The notes: generated from the sequence alone by a model not told the origin. A DNA stretch of 64,000 bases from Octopus vulgaris (GCA_951406725.2 OX597818.1:53320001-53384000); one strand, 5' to 3'. Shown: positions 25,785-40,594, numbered from the stretch's first letter. Numbers and translations: made by a program.

Positions 25785-27480
25785 CGCAATGAAAAGACAT
25801 CATCCCAGAAAGGTGGTGAAATTAATTTCTGTTTTCGGTGCCCGCTAAATCTTAAATAGTTTTTAACTTTAGAAATGATTTATGATTCCATCACAAAGCC
25901 AAAAGTTTTAAGGGGGGAGGATCAATAGACTCCTTCAACTGCAGCACTTGACTTGTACTTCATTTATCGACGATAGAAAACAAAATTTGTCTCGATGAGA
26001 TTAAGCTCGGAATAAAGTGAAATGAAACTCATCAGTGCAAGCTTGGTTGTTGAGCTTAATCTGTCGACCAGTTTAATACTACCACATTGCATTTCGAGTG
26101 CCTTTGGTGGGACTCCTCTTTGAGGAACTCAAACTAGGACACCAGTGTGAATATACCTTCTTCCTTCCCCCCCCCCACGAGTCTCGATGACCTTGTAAAG
26201 GTTCATAAGCTTGCCTCCTTTCCGGACAATAAGATCATTTTCTTTTGAAGTTTGAGACCTGAGACAAGTTACAAGACAATTAGGGCTCTTAGGCAGATAA
26301 ATTATCTGAAAAATACAATTAAACAATTTGTAGTTTAGCTCCAGATAAGTACTAGTCCAGAAGAACTTGCGAGCCAATTAGGTTTCGTAACATGTACCAT
26401 GTATTTGCTAATTGTTTTAGGTGCCTGTGTAACCACGAGCAGACAGAGACATCTTCTCAAATTCTTCGATTTGACCCCTTCGATAAATCTATAATGTGAC
26501 AACTGAAGGAAGAGAGAAATGTACCTTCACCCTTACTGGTCTTCAGTTACACCTAGGCAAACTAAAGAAATGTGAAACGAAGTGCCTAATTGAAATACAC
26601 AACACACCATCCGGTCCAGAAGTTGAACCCACAACATTAGGAACACGAACAAAACACCCAAACCACTATGCCACACGATTACACATTGCATTTTATTTAA
26701 GTATATTTTAGTTAGGTCTGTATCATTCAATGTATCTTTTCTTGTTTTAAAATGATAGGGTGTGAGATGAGGGTGATTTACCTGCTATCTTTAACAGGTC
26801 AAGCAGCCATGTACATCCAATTTCACTGGCGCGTCATAAGGCTGCTAACAATTTTAGAGCGAGTATATTCCAAAGAAATCTGGTTCACCAACATTCACAA
26901 TCCAGAAGCTCGTGTCCTTACATGCATATTTTAACCTTCTAGTCTACAGTAGATACCCCATTTATTTGTCAATGGAATATTCCTGGCTACAAAACAGTCA
27001 GCAACATAACAAAACAAAAAAATCCTACGCATTCATGGACGCGGATTACGAACATTCAAAATTCCAGTTGTGTCAAATTTAATAATAAAATTTTAAATAC
27101 CACGAAATACAAGAATTATTTCAGCAAGGAGACATGACATGACATGCAAAAATACAAACGCTAATATAGACATATAAAAACACAGACACTCACACACACA
27201 GACACAAAGGATAAAAAATAAATAGCTACATCGTCATAATATATAACACATTGGGACGCTGTTCTTATTTGCTGACACAAAGAAATAAATTGCTTTGATT
27301 CTCAAGAGCCATCAGATAAAATATGGCTACTGAAAAAAACTCTAACAAATATATGAAAATTTTTGTTTTTTTTAAATGTCGAAACAAAACATATAGATAG
27401 ATGTCTTTGGTTACGAATTGTCTTCGCAACTAAGCAGTTCCGGGTACGATTCCACAGACTGGAGGAACATCACACGCATG

Positions 27481-27523
<43 letters not shown>

Positions 27524-28323
27524 TGTGTGTGTGTGTGTGTTTCGGTGCCGTATATCAGGGAAAGAAGTAAAACAAAAACATGAAAATCAAATCGGTAAAC
27601 GGGAGCTTTGGGACGAAATCTGGTCGTATATTTATTTGTTCCGTTTGAGTTTCACAGACAACCGTCTATCACTCTCATGGTTGTAAATAAAGGAACCAGA
27701 AATTGGCTCACTGGAAACCTGTAATCAACGACGCTGTTGTTCACAAAAGAGATACAGGTAGACAGAAAGAGAAAAAAGAGAGACGTATCGGGATATGAAA
27801 TGGCACCCGACCTCTTGGCGAACTCCCTTTATCGTAAACTATGATTGGAACGAAGCGAGATAAATCACTCAGAACGCAGAAGCGAATACTAAAATTAGCA
27901 TAATATATTTTTACAATTACTCTACTGAATTTTCCAATGCTTGCAATTACAGGTAACCCAGGTAACATTGTTCTGTAGCAGAGAGCAGGTTACAATGTCG
28001 GTTTATCTGAGATCAGAAGACGAACCATGTAATGTATGCTAAATTCTAGTGATATTACGGTTTAAGCCAGTTTACATTTAGTAAGTAGTGCACCAGGGTT
28101 TGAAGAAATTTCGTAATGACAATGAGAATATATGGTGAATGTACTTGTTCTGCAAGAACTCAAAGATCATAGAGTCTCTTTTAACTTTAGCTAGTGAATC
28201 CTCATATCAGTTTAGTAAAGCGTATCACCAAAATAATGCCTGTTGTTGAAGAAAAGTCGCAACTTTTTACTAAGAACCTTCTGAATCCCACCCAGCAAAA
28301 GCAAGATATTTCTGGAGCACAAG

Positions 28324-28726
28324 GCGGCAAGCTGGCAGACACGTTAGCGCCCCGGGCGAAATGCTTAGCGGTATTTCATCTGCCGTTACGTTCTGAGTTC
28401 AAATTCCGCCGAGGTCGACTTTCGGGGTCGATAAATTAAGTACCAGTTACGCACTTGGGTCGATGTAATCGACTTAATACCTTTATCTGCCCTTGTTTGT
28501 CCCCTCTATGTTTAGCCCTTTGTGGCTAATAAAGAAATAGTTATTTCGTCTGTCGTTACGTTCTGAGTTCAAATTCCACCGAGGTCGACTTTGCCTTTCA
28601 TCCTTTCGGGGTCGATAAATTAAGTACCAGTTACGCACTGGGGTCGATCTAATCGACTTAATCCCTTTGTCTGTCCTTGATTGTCCCCTCTATGTTTAGT
28701 CCCTTGTGGGCAATAAAGAAATAAAT
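28324..28726 (+). mobile_element. SINE family A dimer with TSD
   Basis: TSD ATATTTCTGGAGCACAAG at 28306-28323 and 28727-28744. Confidence 0.85.
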
Positions 28727-31518
28727 ATATTTCTGGAGCACAAGCATGCCAAACGAGCCAACGAGGGTGTTTCCATGTGGTCGTTTAATGTTCTAGCTAA
28801 CAGTAACTTCTTGAAATTACACTTGGTCGTTTAGAAAAATAAGGAAGGGCACATTGGATTATTTGCTTCTAGATGTGTCAAAAAAAGACGACTGGATAGT
28901 CCATAGTCAAAATGTTTTATATAATAGTTCTACTAAGTAATGACTGAGTTGGGTTTAATCAATCAAGCAACTGAGAAACCCTTCTTAGTCACAGTATTCT
29001 TTCTTGATCTCATTGTCTACGGTTTCTCTTTCCTTCGCTCACTGCGGATAAACCTTTCCTTTTTATATTGTCTTCACATTGTCAATACAATGTCCCACCT
29101 GCGCATATCCAAAACTGAAAGCCAAATAATGCTGTCTCTTTTTATTCTTTTAATGCAGATTTTTTTATGTGTTTGTGTACACTGTGTCCATATACAACAT
29201 TCCGAACTTAAGATAACCCATATAAACTTTACCCTTCTACTTGAGACAAGTATGAAACACTTATGAGTACAGACTTGTTTCCTTTACAATCAATAATTAT
29301 GACACTCCGTTGTTAAAGCGTTTACCATCAGAGCTTGTAAAAATTTTAGTTTATGTTACATGACATTAATAAATAGAATGCGCGACCTTCTCTTCACAGC
29401 AGTGAAATATTTTTGTACTTAGGTATTTTCAGATTTTCAGTTTGTGACCCATTATGAAAATGTATTCTCACATACGAGACAGACATTAATATAGTAAGAA
29501 AAATATTTAAAAAAGCAGAAAAGAAAAGCAGCCGACCAGACTGTTTGACCAGGTCGACATATATAAATCAACAACTTAACATTAACAGCTAAAAAATATT
29601 TCCTAACAACCAGTGGAAAATTATTTTCATAAAAAAGCCATTCGCTTTGATATTCCAAATACATTGTCTCTTTCTGACCTCAACAGACTTTGAGTCGCTG
29701 GCATTATCGTTAAACTGGGGTGGGAATAAATGTACCGATAGAACGTCGGGTAAAATATTTTGTGGTATTTAAGCGCGTCACTCTACGTTTTGAATTCAAA
29801 TCACTCTGGCAACACATTTACCTTTCATCTTTACGGCCCGATAAAATGAGTACCACCTAAGCATTTGTGTCGACTTATTCCATTGTGTTCCTCCACTAAG
29901 TATATGATCGTAACCCTCTCTGTGTAAGAGCCCTGTCTTGTCTTGGGCCCATAGCTTTCTACGTCGTCCTAACATGGTGTCTTGGGCAGTTTTTCAGATC
30001 TAGTAGAACCCAACCCACTCGAGTCCATTTTTCCAGAGAGAGGAGGAAGAGAGAGAGAGGAGGAGAGAAAGAGAGAGAAGGAGGAAAGAGAGAGAGAGGA
30101 GAGAAAGAGAGAGAGAGGAGGGCTGGAGTGAGCTAGATAGAAAAAATCGCTTCAGTTCAATGCTGGTAATTTATTTATCGACCGCGAAAGAATGAATGCA
30201 GAATTGATTGTGGTGATATTTGAACTCTGGGTGCAAGGAGCCACGTATATGACCGCAAGGCAATCTACACGTCGTCCTAAAATATCAGCCAGTTTGCCTA
30301 TGTTAGAGATCATCATTGCCCGCGTGAAAATCTCCTTGGATTAACTTTCAAATTTTATTCATTTACATATCAAATGTCCCCCTCCCCACAAATTCCAGGC
30401 CTTGTGTCTATAATAGAAAGGTTTATTATTTACAATGTTAGGGATCACTACAGGGGTTAGTGACATCAGAGATATCATCATCTAGCGTATATTACAACAG
30501 TAGCCGGGCGAAATGCTTTGCGGTATTTCGTCTGCCTCTACGTTCTGAGTTCAAATTCCGTCGAGGTCGACTTTGCCTTTCATTCTTTCGGGGTCGATTA
30601 AATAAGTACCAGTTACGCACTGGGGTCGATATAATCGGCTTAATCCGTTTGTCTGTCCTTGTTTGTCCTCTCTGTGTTTACCCCCTTGTGGGTAGCAAAG
30701 AAATAGAAATAGATACTTCGTCTGTCTTGACGTTCTGAGTTCAAATTCCGCCGAGGTCGACATTGCCATTCATCCTTTCGGGTTCAATAAATCCAATAGC
30801 CGGTCGAAATGAACCAGGGTCGATGTGATCGACTGTCTCCCTCCCCACAGATTCCAGGCCTTGTGTCTATATGTACAATGTTAGGGATCACTATAGGGGT
30901 TAGTGATATCAGAGATATCATCATCTAGCTATAATCACCAGTAAAGAGACACATTAACAATAAATACGATTTAATACAAAATTGTTGACAAGAGCACTCT
31001 TTATGTGAGATCTCTCATCACGTGAATGTATCTGTCACGTAAAAGGCTTACCATATATTTACCGGATTACCAAATAAATATACACAGCGAGCAACTGTTT
31101 GTGATCGCTTAGAAGCTCCGTGGAGAGGTTGATTAGGTTTTATACGGCTTTCAAATTCATCCGGCGAGTAAAGGGAGGAAAAGATTTAGAAATGCGCAAG
31201 ACTGATTTGATGTCTTTACGATTCAGTGGGTTCACATACTGACCACATACGTACATACATACATACATACATACATACATACATACATACATACATACAT
31301 ACATACATACATACATACACATCAGAAATAGAGCTGCACACATGCACTACATGTACGAACGCACGCATTCACACACGCGCGCGTTCGCAGTGGCACTTTC
31401 AAATAAAAACATGCATGGAGGCGTTGAGAGTCAAATTAATGGAGAGAGAGAGAGAGATGGGGAGATGACGACAGAGAGAGGGAGAGTGTGTGTGTGTGAA
31501 ACAAACAGGCAGGCACAC

Positions 31519-31960
<442 letters not shown>

Positions 31961-32627
31961 ACAGAGGTGGGGAGAGACAGATACATAGATACATGTCCGT
32001 CTGCCTGCCTCCATCCATCCATCCATATATACATACATTCGACAGTTCCCAAATGTATACAACTGAAAAACTGCAGAGTCGGCATAAAACATGTGTACAG
32101 CGTCTGTGTGAACTCACAGCGCACGCCATGACACTACTGCTTGCTCATTCGTATTTCACTTGACTTGTGTCAATAATATTACATCAGAGAAGAACGGGAT
32201 TTACCCATAGCTTTCCATAAGTCCTCTCTCACCATTCCGTCTCTGCTTTCTCATTAGATGATAACATACACACATACACAAAAATATTAAAACTGAAAAC
32301 TTAATTGATTACTAAATGCATACATACGTATATACATACATACATACATACATACAAACAAACATACTTACATACATACATACGTCGTATAGCTGCGGGG
32401 TTAAGAAACTCACTGTGCAACCACGCGATTTCAGGTTCAGTTCAAATTCCGCCGATGTCAACTTTGCCTTTCGTCCTTTACGGGGTCGATAAATAAAGTA
32501 CCAGTTACGCACCTGGTTCAATGTAATCGACTTAATCCCTTTGTCTGTCCTTGTTTGTCCCCTTTGTGTTTAGCCCCTTGTGGGCAGTAAAGAAATAAGA
32601 AACTGCGGCAGTCAGTCACACATAGAA

Positions 32628-32678
<51 letters not shown>

Positions 32679-33051
32679 TATACTCCCCTCCCTCGTTTGC
32701 TTACGTTCTCGTTCTCGTTACTGAGCGGTTCGGCAAAAGAAAGCCGATAGAATAAAAAAAGAAGACCCGGGTTGATTTGCTTGAGTAAAAACCCTTTAAA
32801 ATAGGGCCCCAGCATGACCGCTGCCCACTGATTGAAACAAGTAAAAAATGATACAATTATGACAACAAAGACATTATTATATACAATGGCGTTCATCTGT
32901 CGCTACGTTCTGAGTTCAAATTCCGCCGAGGTCGACTTTGCCTTTCATCCTTTCGGGGTCGATTAAATAAGTACCAATTACACACTGGGGTAGATCTAAT
33001 CGACTGGCCCCCTCCCCCAAAATTTCGGGCATTGTGCCCAGAGTACAAAAG

Positions 33052-33096
<45 letters not shown>

Positions 33097-33383
33097 GGAT
33101 TGTCAGCTGCATTGCAGAAAGAGTTCGGTATTTTGCATTTAAGGCACTGGACTAATCTCTTAAGACGATGAGCTGACAGAAACGTTTGAGAATCGGAACC
33201 AGAACCTTACGTTAGACCTTCCGCTTTTCTGACTTCTGGGTTCAAACCTCGGCCTGGTCAACATTGCTTTTCGTTCTTCTCGGGTATAAAAGACAAAAAC
33301 GTGGTCGATTTATTTGCCTGTGTCCCGTTCATAATTCCAAGAATTGTAGCTTTGTTAGAAGTAACGATTTTTAACTTTTACCA

Positions 33384-33631
33384 AGCATAGATTGGCATAT
33401 TTCGGTCATATTATGCGGAGAAAATCCCTGGAGAAGGACATCATGCTCGGAATGGTCAGTGGCAAGAGAGGAAGAGGCCGACCAAGAACCCGCTGGCTTT
33501 GACACCATCAAGAGTGATACCGGAATGGACATAGCCAATCTGAAAGAAGCGGCCCAGGACAGAACTGACTGGAGGACACTGATCCAACGAGTGACCGAGA
33601 GTCGACTTCGACTGAGCGGATAGATAGATAG
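33384..33631 (+). mobile_element. 5'-truncated RTE-clade LINE with target site duplication
   Basis: HRLAYFGHIMRRKSLEKDIMLGMVSGKRGRGRPRTRWL/DTIK...AQDRTDWRTLIQRVTESRLRL (one frameshift). (GATA)n tail; TSD AACTTTTACCA at 33373-33383 and 33632-33642. Confidence 0.88.
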
Positions 33632-33836
33632 AACTTTTACCACTAGTTCACTTCGAAGTTTCAACGAAACTGGCTTCTCAAACAGCATTGCTAAAGCTTG
33701 GAAGAACAGAGTCACTATTAATAATTAGTGTTAATTATTAATATTATTTTAGCTAATCACTCAGAACTGCGTTCTTAATTTGGAGCATATTTATTGTACA
33801 TAAGTACACAAGCCTTTGAAACCTGCAAGAATATGT

Positions 33837-33887
<51 letters not shown>

Positions 33888-34337
33888 TGTGTGTGGATGG
33901 AATGACTGAATGTATGGATGGCTGTATTCGGAAGAGATAAATAGATAAAACTTGGTGCATATATGCATGTGTAAGCAGACACAAATATAAAGAGAAAGAT
34001 GCCAAAGAGTTTTGGTGATAACGTCACCCTCCTCCCCACCTCTCCCTCACCCTCTCACCCTCTCTCTCTCTTTCTCTCTCCCCCCTCTCTCCCTCGCTCT
34101 CTCTCTCCCTAGCAACATCAATGAACACATTCTACTTGCACTTGAGACAACATTACTAAAATGGGGCATGTTTAGTCTGTCCATTGCAGGAGAGAGAGAG
34201 AGACAGACAGACAGACAGATAGACAAAGAGAGCCAGACAGATGTACACACACACACACACATACACATATAAACATGTATGCCTGAATTCCCATATGCAT
34301 ATAAAACACACAAACACAGCTATATATATAGCTGTCC

Positions 34338-34368
<31 letters not shown>

Positions 34369-34422
34369 TTATATACATATATTATATGCATGTATTATAT
34401 ACATATATTATATACATGTATT

Positions 34423-34454
<32 letters not shown>

Positions 34455-35623
34455 ATGAAGTGTATGGAGACAAAAGACACACAAACAGATAGATGAGAAG
34501 ATAAAGAAAGTGAACCAGAAATAGGACAAGAAGAATTTGAATGATAATACTTTGTTAAGCATAAGGGAAATGGCGAAGGCGGTGGCGGCTGCGTTTGTGG
34601 TGGTGGGTGGTGGTGGTAGTAGTGGTGGTGGCGGTAGTGGTGGTGGTTGGTGGTTGGTAATGGTGTTTGTGGCAGTTATGGTGCCAATTGCGACGACGTT
34701 GTTGTTGGTGGTGCCGACAGACGTGAAGGTGTCAGCGGCGGTGGTGGAGGTGGTAGTGTTTGTTTTTAGTGGAGTGGCGATGGTTATAGTGCCAACTGTA
34801 ACAGCGGTGTTGTTGTTGTTGTTGTTGTTCTTGTTGTTGTTGTTGGTGGTGGTGGTGGTGGTGATGGTGGCTGTTACGAAAGTTGCGGTAGCGGCGTTGG
34901 CGATGGCTGTGTTCTTATAAGACTGCAACGATGGTGGTATCCGTGTTTCTTATTGGCGTTGATGGTTCCGATGGCAGTGGCGGGGGAAAGGTTTCGGCAG
35001 CAGCAATAAAAGAGCGGCTTTGCCGGTCGGTGGTGATGGTCGTGGTTGTACCGGTGGTGTTTGTGGCGATGGTTGTGATGGAAGTGATAATTATTGTAGT
35101 TGATACAGTGCTGTGGGTGTTTGTGGTCGTGCGGAGGGTGCTGTGATGTGAGCAAGGGTTGGTATGCATCTATTTGAGTCAGTGTTTTCGTAAATGCATA
35201 TATATGCACATATGCATACGTATGCATTTGTGTGTGCACACGTCTGCACATTCGTATGCATACATGTACACACACACACTCGCACATATCTATATATACA
35301 GACATATATATGTGCACACACACATGTATATATTACACATTCACTACACATAAATACACACACACACGCACATATATATACATACACACATATAACGTAT
35401 TCACTACACATAGATACACACGCGCATATATATATATATATACACATTGAACATTCACCAAACATATACACACCACACAGATATACACACATAACACATT
35501 CACTATATATATAAATACACACACATATATATTTTACACATTCACTACACACACACAGGTATATGTACACACATAACACATTCACTACACATAAATACAC
35601 ACACACGCACACACACACACATA

Positions 35624-35660
<37 letters not shown>

Positions 35661-35734
35661 TATACATATATGAGGATGGATCTGTGAATATGAGAGAGGG
35701 AAAGAGAGAGAGTGAAAGAAAGTGAGAGAGAGAG

Positions 35735-35768
<34 letters not shown>

Positions 35769-36224
35769 TGTGTGTATGTGTGTGTACGTGCATATTTGTG
35801 CATATAAATACATTTGTGTGTGTGTACGTGTATCTATGTATGGATGTGCACGTATGATTAAACCTTAAGTTACCATTAATAGAGAGGAAAACGGAAAAAG
35901 CTTCTGAGAGAACGATTAAGTTTGGAGGACGAGAATGAAATCCGTTTCGGAATTTTGCTTTGATAAAATTTCTAGATGTCAGTGGGAAACGAATCAAAAA
36001 AACAAAAAAAAAAAAATAACACTGTCTGTCACGTGGTCGCGTGTCTTGTTTACTGACATTTCGTAGATAAGTTTTTAATCGTCTAATTTACGTAAATATT
36101 AAGAGAAGAGTGTGTGAGATAAAGGAGAGAGAATTGAGGCCAAACAGTGATGGCGGTGGTGGTAGTGGTGGTGATGGTGGTGGTGTAACGAAGCAACGGT
36201 GACGAGCCGAAGCAAGGCTGCATG

Positions 36225-36545
36225 AGAAGAAGAAGAAGAAGGAGGGGAGAAAAGATGTTGAAGAAGGTAAATAAGAAGGAAAGGAAGAAGAAGAAGACGA
36301 AAAGGAAGAAGAAGAAGAGGAAGAAAAAGAAGAAATGTTATAAAACAGCTCCATTCGTACACACACACACACACACACACAAACACACACCCTAGAAGAA
36401 GAAGAAGAAGAAGAAGAAGAAGAAGAAGAAGAAGAAGAAGAAGAAGAAGAAGAAGAAGAATGAAAGAAGAAGAAGGAGAATGAAAGAAGAAGAAGGAGAA
36501 TGAAAGAAGAAGAAGGAGAATGAAAGAAGAAGAAGAAGAAGAGAA
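36225..36545. repeat. (GAA)n polypurine tract with CA repeat
   Basis: Directly visible. Confidence 0.9.
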
Positions 36546-38496
36546 AAGATGTCATACTTCCACTTGACGGATGAGATTGAAGTGAAACCATTTTTCATGT
36601 AAAAACTAGTGTGTATGTCTGTGTGTGTGTGGCGAAGACTTAACTGGCCGAAACTGCAAGGTGACTATCAGCAACATCCTTGTTTAAGAATAATAAATAT
36701 CATATATCTGTTTCTTTACTACCCACAAGGGGCTAAACACAGAGGGGACAAACAAGGACAGACAAACGAATTAAGTCGATTATATCGACTCCAGTGCGTA
36801 ACTAGTACTTAATTTATCGACCCCGAAAGGATGAAAAGCAAAGTCGCTCGGCGAACGTAAGCAAACCAAAAAACAATTGACAAGCGGACACACAGACACA
36901 CACAACACATTAATATTACATCGACTCCAGTGCGTAACTAGTACTTAATTTATCGACCCCGAAAGGATGAAAAACAAAGTCGACCTCGGCGGAATTTCAT
37001 TCTCAAGACACGGATCGGCTCGGTACAATAATAGAATACACTTACTCAAGGTACCGTGTAGTGGGACTGAACCTGAAACCTCCTGGTTGAAAAGGAAACT
37101 TTTTGACCTCAGAGCCACGTGTACACTATGCATACATTTAAAGAGACGTAACAATAGCTATAAGCATTCTTCAATGCGAACGTTAGCCTTCTAGAAATAG
37201 CAGCCAAATACGCATTAGAAACGACGGATACTTTGAGTAATGGTTGAACAATCTGTCTAGAAAAAGTTGGAATGGTTATAGCTGGAGGTATTTGATCAAA
37301 AGTGTGCTCGGCCAGGCCTGACTTGAATCTAATCCACAACGACCAAAGAAACAGCCATTTCAGACCAGTCGGAACTAACAACATAAGAAAATCTTTGAAT
37401 TTGATGCAGCATTTAATGTTGTTACTAGCATTAAAATGTTTTTAAAAATATTGTTTTGGTTAGAATTATTATTGATATTTCTAGAAGAATTACTACTGTT
37501 TGGTGTATCAGGAAATATTTCAGAGATCTAATCCACAACGACCAAAGAAACAGCCATTTCAGACCAATCGGAACTAAACAACATAAGGTGCTGATCCAAA
37601 GTAGTGAATTCTTATAGTTTAGTGGTTTATATAGAGAAAGAAATATAACAAGGGTTGTTGCAAAACTGTATTGAGATGCGCTTTCTTAGGAGAAAGGAGT
37701 GAAGTTGTGGGACTTTAGAACGATGTCCAATATCAAGGTAATAGATAGAATAATGAGGGTGGGTGAGTGTATAGTAAATCAACTTCAAAGAATTAGAGAC
37801 CGTAATAGTAGCAGTGAAAATAAGAAAAGTGATGACTTTGTTCGGCAGAGAGAAAATCACTGGAATGTGAGAGATAACGAAAGTACATTGTCAGTCGAGG
37901 TGAATAACTTTTATTTTCTTTATGTCAGTAGAACAAAGATACTGTAAAGTACACTGGCACTCTAGTGAAGGATATATTTGCGTTATATAATATCAGCAAC
38001 TGTTCAGAGCTGAAGCATTTCCAGTTTTTCAAAATGGCACCAGTAATTTCGGCAGATTTAGTCAGATTTAGTCATTGATATCCACAATTGATCATCGGAT
38101 TTGGTAACAAGTTAAGGTCATCAAGTTTAAAAGTGAATGTCTTCATAAAGCTGGAATAGTTCAAAGACCGCTATCATTGTTCATGATTCAACAAGCCTTT
38201 TCACTCAGATTCCTGATCGATTACAGAATTGACTTAATTTACATTTTGAAATGTTAAAATAAAATTAGAGAAATAAAGAAATTTTGAAATAGGCGCAAGC
38301 AGAGCTGTGTGGTTAACCGCTTGGTTTTAAATTCAGTGCCATTGTGTAGCACCTTTGGGCAAGTGAGTTCTACGGTAGCCTATGATCGACTAGTGCTGTG
38401 TGAGTGAATTTACACGCCGGAAACTGTGTGGAAATCCACCATATACATATATATATAAGAATTTTTTGCGTAATAAGATAAAAAAAAACAAGGCTG

Positions 38497-38529
<33 letters not shown>

Positions 38530-38533
<4 letters not shown>

Positions 38534-39075
38534 CAAAATGGGACAAGAACGCAAAACATCCGGATAGCTTGGTGATACAAAAAGGGACAACATAACATCC
38601 AGATAGACGATACAAAGAAAACAACGACGGGTCATTCGAAGTTTTCTTTCCTCAGTCAAGCACCAGATTATCCTCGCACTTTCGGCTGATTATTCTTGAG
38701 ATTGCTCCAATCTTGCCAGCCCCAAGGAAAAACTAAGCTAAGCGCATTAGATTCTTTGGAAGAAATCAGCGAATGTATACAAAAACAAGGACGGAAAAAA
38801 CGGACAATGTTACACAAATATAAATACAATAGAAATGATAACAGGACATAACAACAGGTGTCTTTCGACTAAGGACGAATTGAATTAAGCTGGCGCGTGT
38901 GGAAATGAAGCCTTACGGCAGAGATACAAGAATTTCACGAACACAGGGAAGAATATCGATGTTGAACGGACAGCGGTCAGACCAAGAAAGAAAGAGCAGG
39001 CTTGGCCGAACGGCGGTCACGTGGGAAGAGAAGAGAGAGAAGTAGAAGCAGAGGATCAGAAGAATTAAGAAGGAT
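38530..39075. mobile_element. Unclassified ~550 bp element nested in the TA microsatellite of a SINE
   Basis: Bounded by (TA)n. The host family-C SINE has its head at ~38290-38455 and its tail at ~39150-39360. Confidence 0.5.
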
Positions 39076-40493
39076 ATATATATATATTTTATATATATAC
39101 ATATACATACACACAGACACACATATATTTGCATATGTGTATGAGTGTGTGTGTGTGTGTGTACACGTGTCTGTGTTTGTCCCACCTACACACATCGATT
39201 GACAACCGTAGTTGGTTTGTTTACATTTTTGTCACATAGCGGTTCAACAAAAGAAAGAGAATCTTTAAAAACCAGTATTGGGTTGAATGTGGTCGTCTAC
39301 GCCCTTCAAGAAAATGCCGCAGCATGGTCGCAGTTCGGTGACTGAAACACGTAAAGGAATAACTAAATTGTTCTGAAATGTTTGATAAAGCTGAGAAATG
39401 ATACGGCAGTAACACTTTTTTTAAATGACAAAGCGATAAATGCCCCAAATACAGCTTATATCTATGGTAATACATTGGTTATTTATGAATGAAACTTGCT
39501 GTTTCTGGGTAAGTCCTATGTATTGTTCACACGAAAACCTTACATACAACACCACCACCAGAAAACGCGAATAAACACACACAATGCTGTTTAGTCTTGA
39601 ACCCAAATAATGTTTTATTATTCAGAACCCAAATGATATTTTAAGTCCAAAAGGCGATAAGATCAAACTTCAAAGTTTGTATATTAAAGTTCTGTTAGTG
39701 TGTTTCCCATGTCTGCAAGAAAACAAAACTGCTTTGTTATGCAAATGTAACAATGGTTTCATAACAATAGCTCCTTATTAGACGGCGAAGGTGGTGGCAT
39801 GTAATACCAACCTGCATCAATAGATTGATATAATTTGCTATATCTGGTTGGCATTCAGCAGGCAGAGAGTAAATACAGGTTAGAAAAAAATTCAGTTTTC
39901 TTCTATATTTTTCATGTCTGCAGCAAAAACAAAATATTAACCCTACCATTTTCTAATGTATTATGTTAATTCTTTATGCTAATTCTCTGCCGTCCTAAGT
40001 ATTGTATTCTCTTCCTGGACTATCATTCTTTTTTTCCCCCTAATGCTTCTATACGTTTACCTTTCCTTATACAAAAATGCTAAGCTTCACAACCTCTGAC
40101 ACCATCTCACAGAGGCTAGACATTACTTGACAGAGAGACTCGAGACTGCAGTACAAATAAATTACTCCACACTTAAAATCTTATAATCATTCACAAAACC
40201 AAAACAGAAGTGTACTGCATATAGGACTTATGCAAGAATGTTACCGACACATCTGTCTATATATTTACTACCACGCAAATCATAAAGGACATCTCAAGGA
40301 CAAACTGTCTAACTCATTTACAAGGTCTATCCTCTCACTCTGTCTCTCTTTGTTTAAAGTAAACAGTGAGAGCGAGGAAAGCCAGAGAGATAGCGGGTAT
40401 GATCAATTTAAAAGTAGAACATTGTTATTTATATATCTTTAGTGAGGGAGCTTTAAAAATAGAAACGTTTATTTGAAAATATTTTATTTATTA

Positions 40494-40528
40494 TTTCCTG
40501 ACGATGAGCTCTGCTCGAAACGTCAGAC
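40494..40528 (+). ncRNA. Minimal hammerhead core with degenerate stem I
   Basis: CTGACGA-T-GAGC-TCT-GCTC-GAAA-C-GTC. Core and stem II are intact, stem III is ACGT, and the flanks pair poorly. Confidence 0.4.
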
Positions 40529-40594
40529 ATTTCCTTTTCTTCGCGTGAAACTATTTTCCCGTAATAAGTAAAAGTAAAAAAAAACAAAACATAT

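Noticed and set aside
34395-35323. Poly-T/N/P/V/G ORFs in a GGT/GTT-rich block, also 63590-63940
   Set aside because: Trinucleotide low-complexity sequence with no recognisable protein or consistent exon borders.
38622-38660. Minus-strand CTGAGGA...GAA motif
   Set aside because: Core spacing and stem I pairing do not fit a hammerhead.
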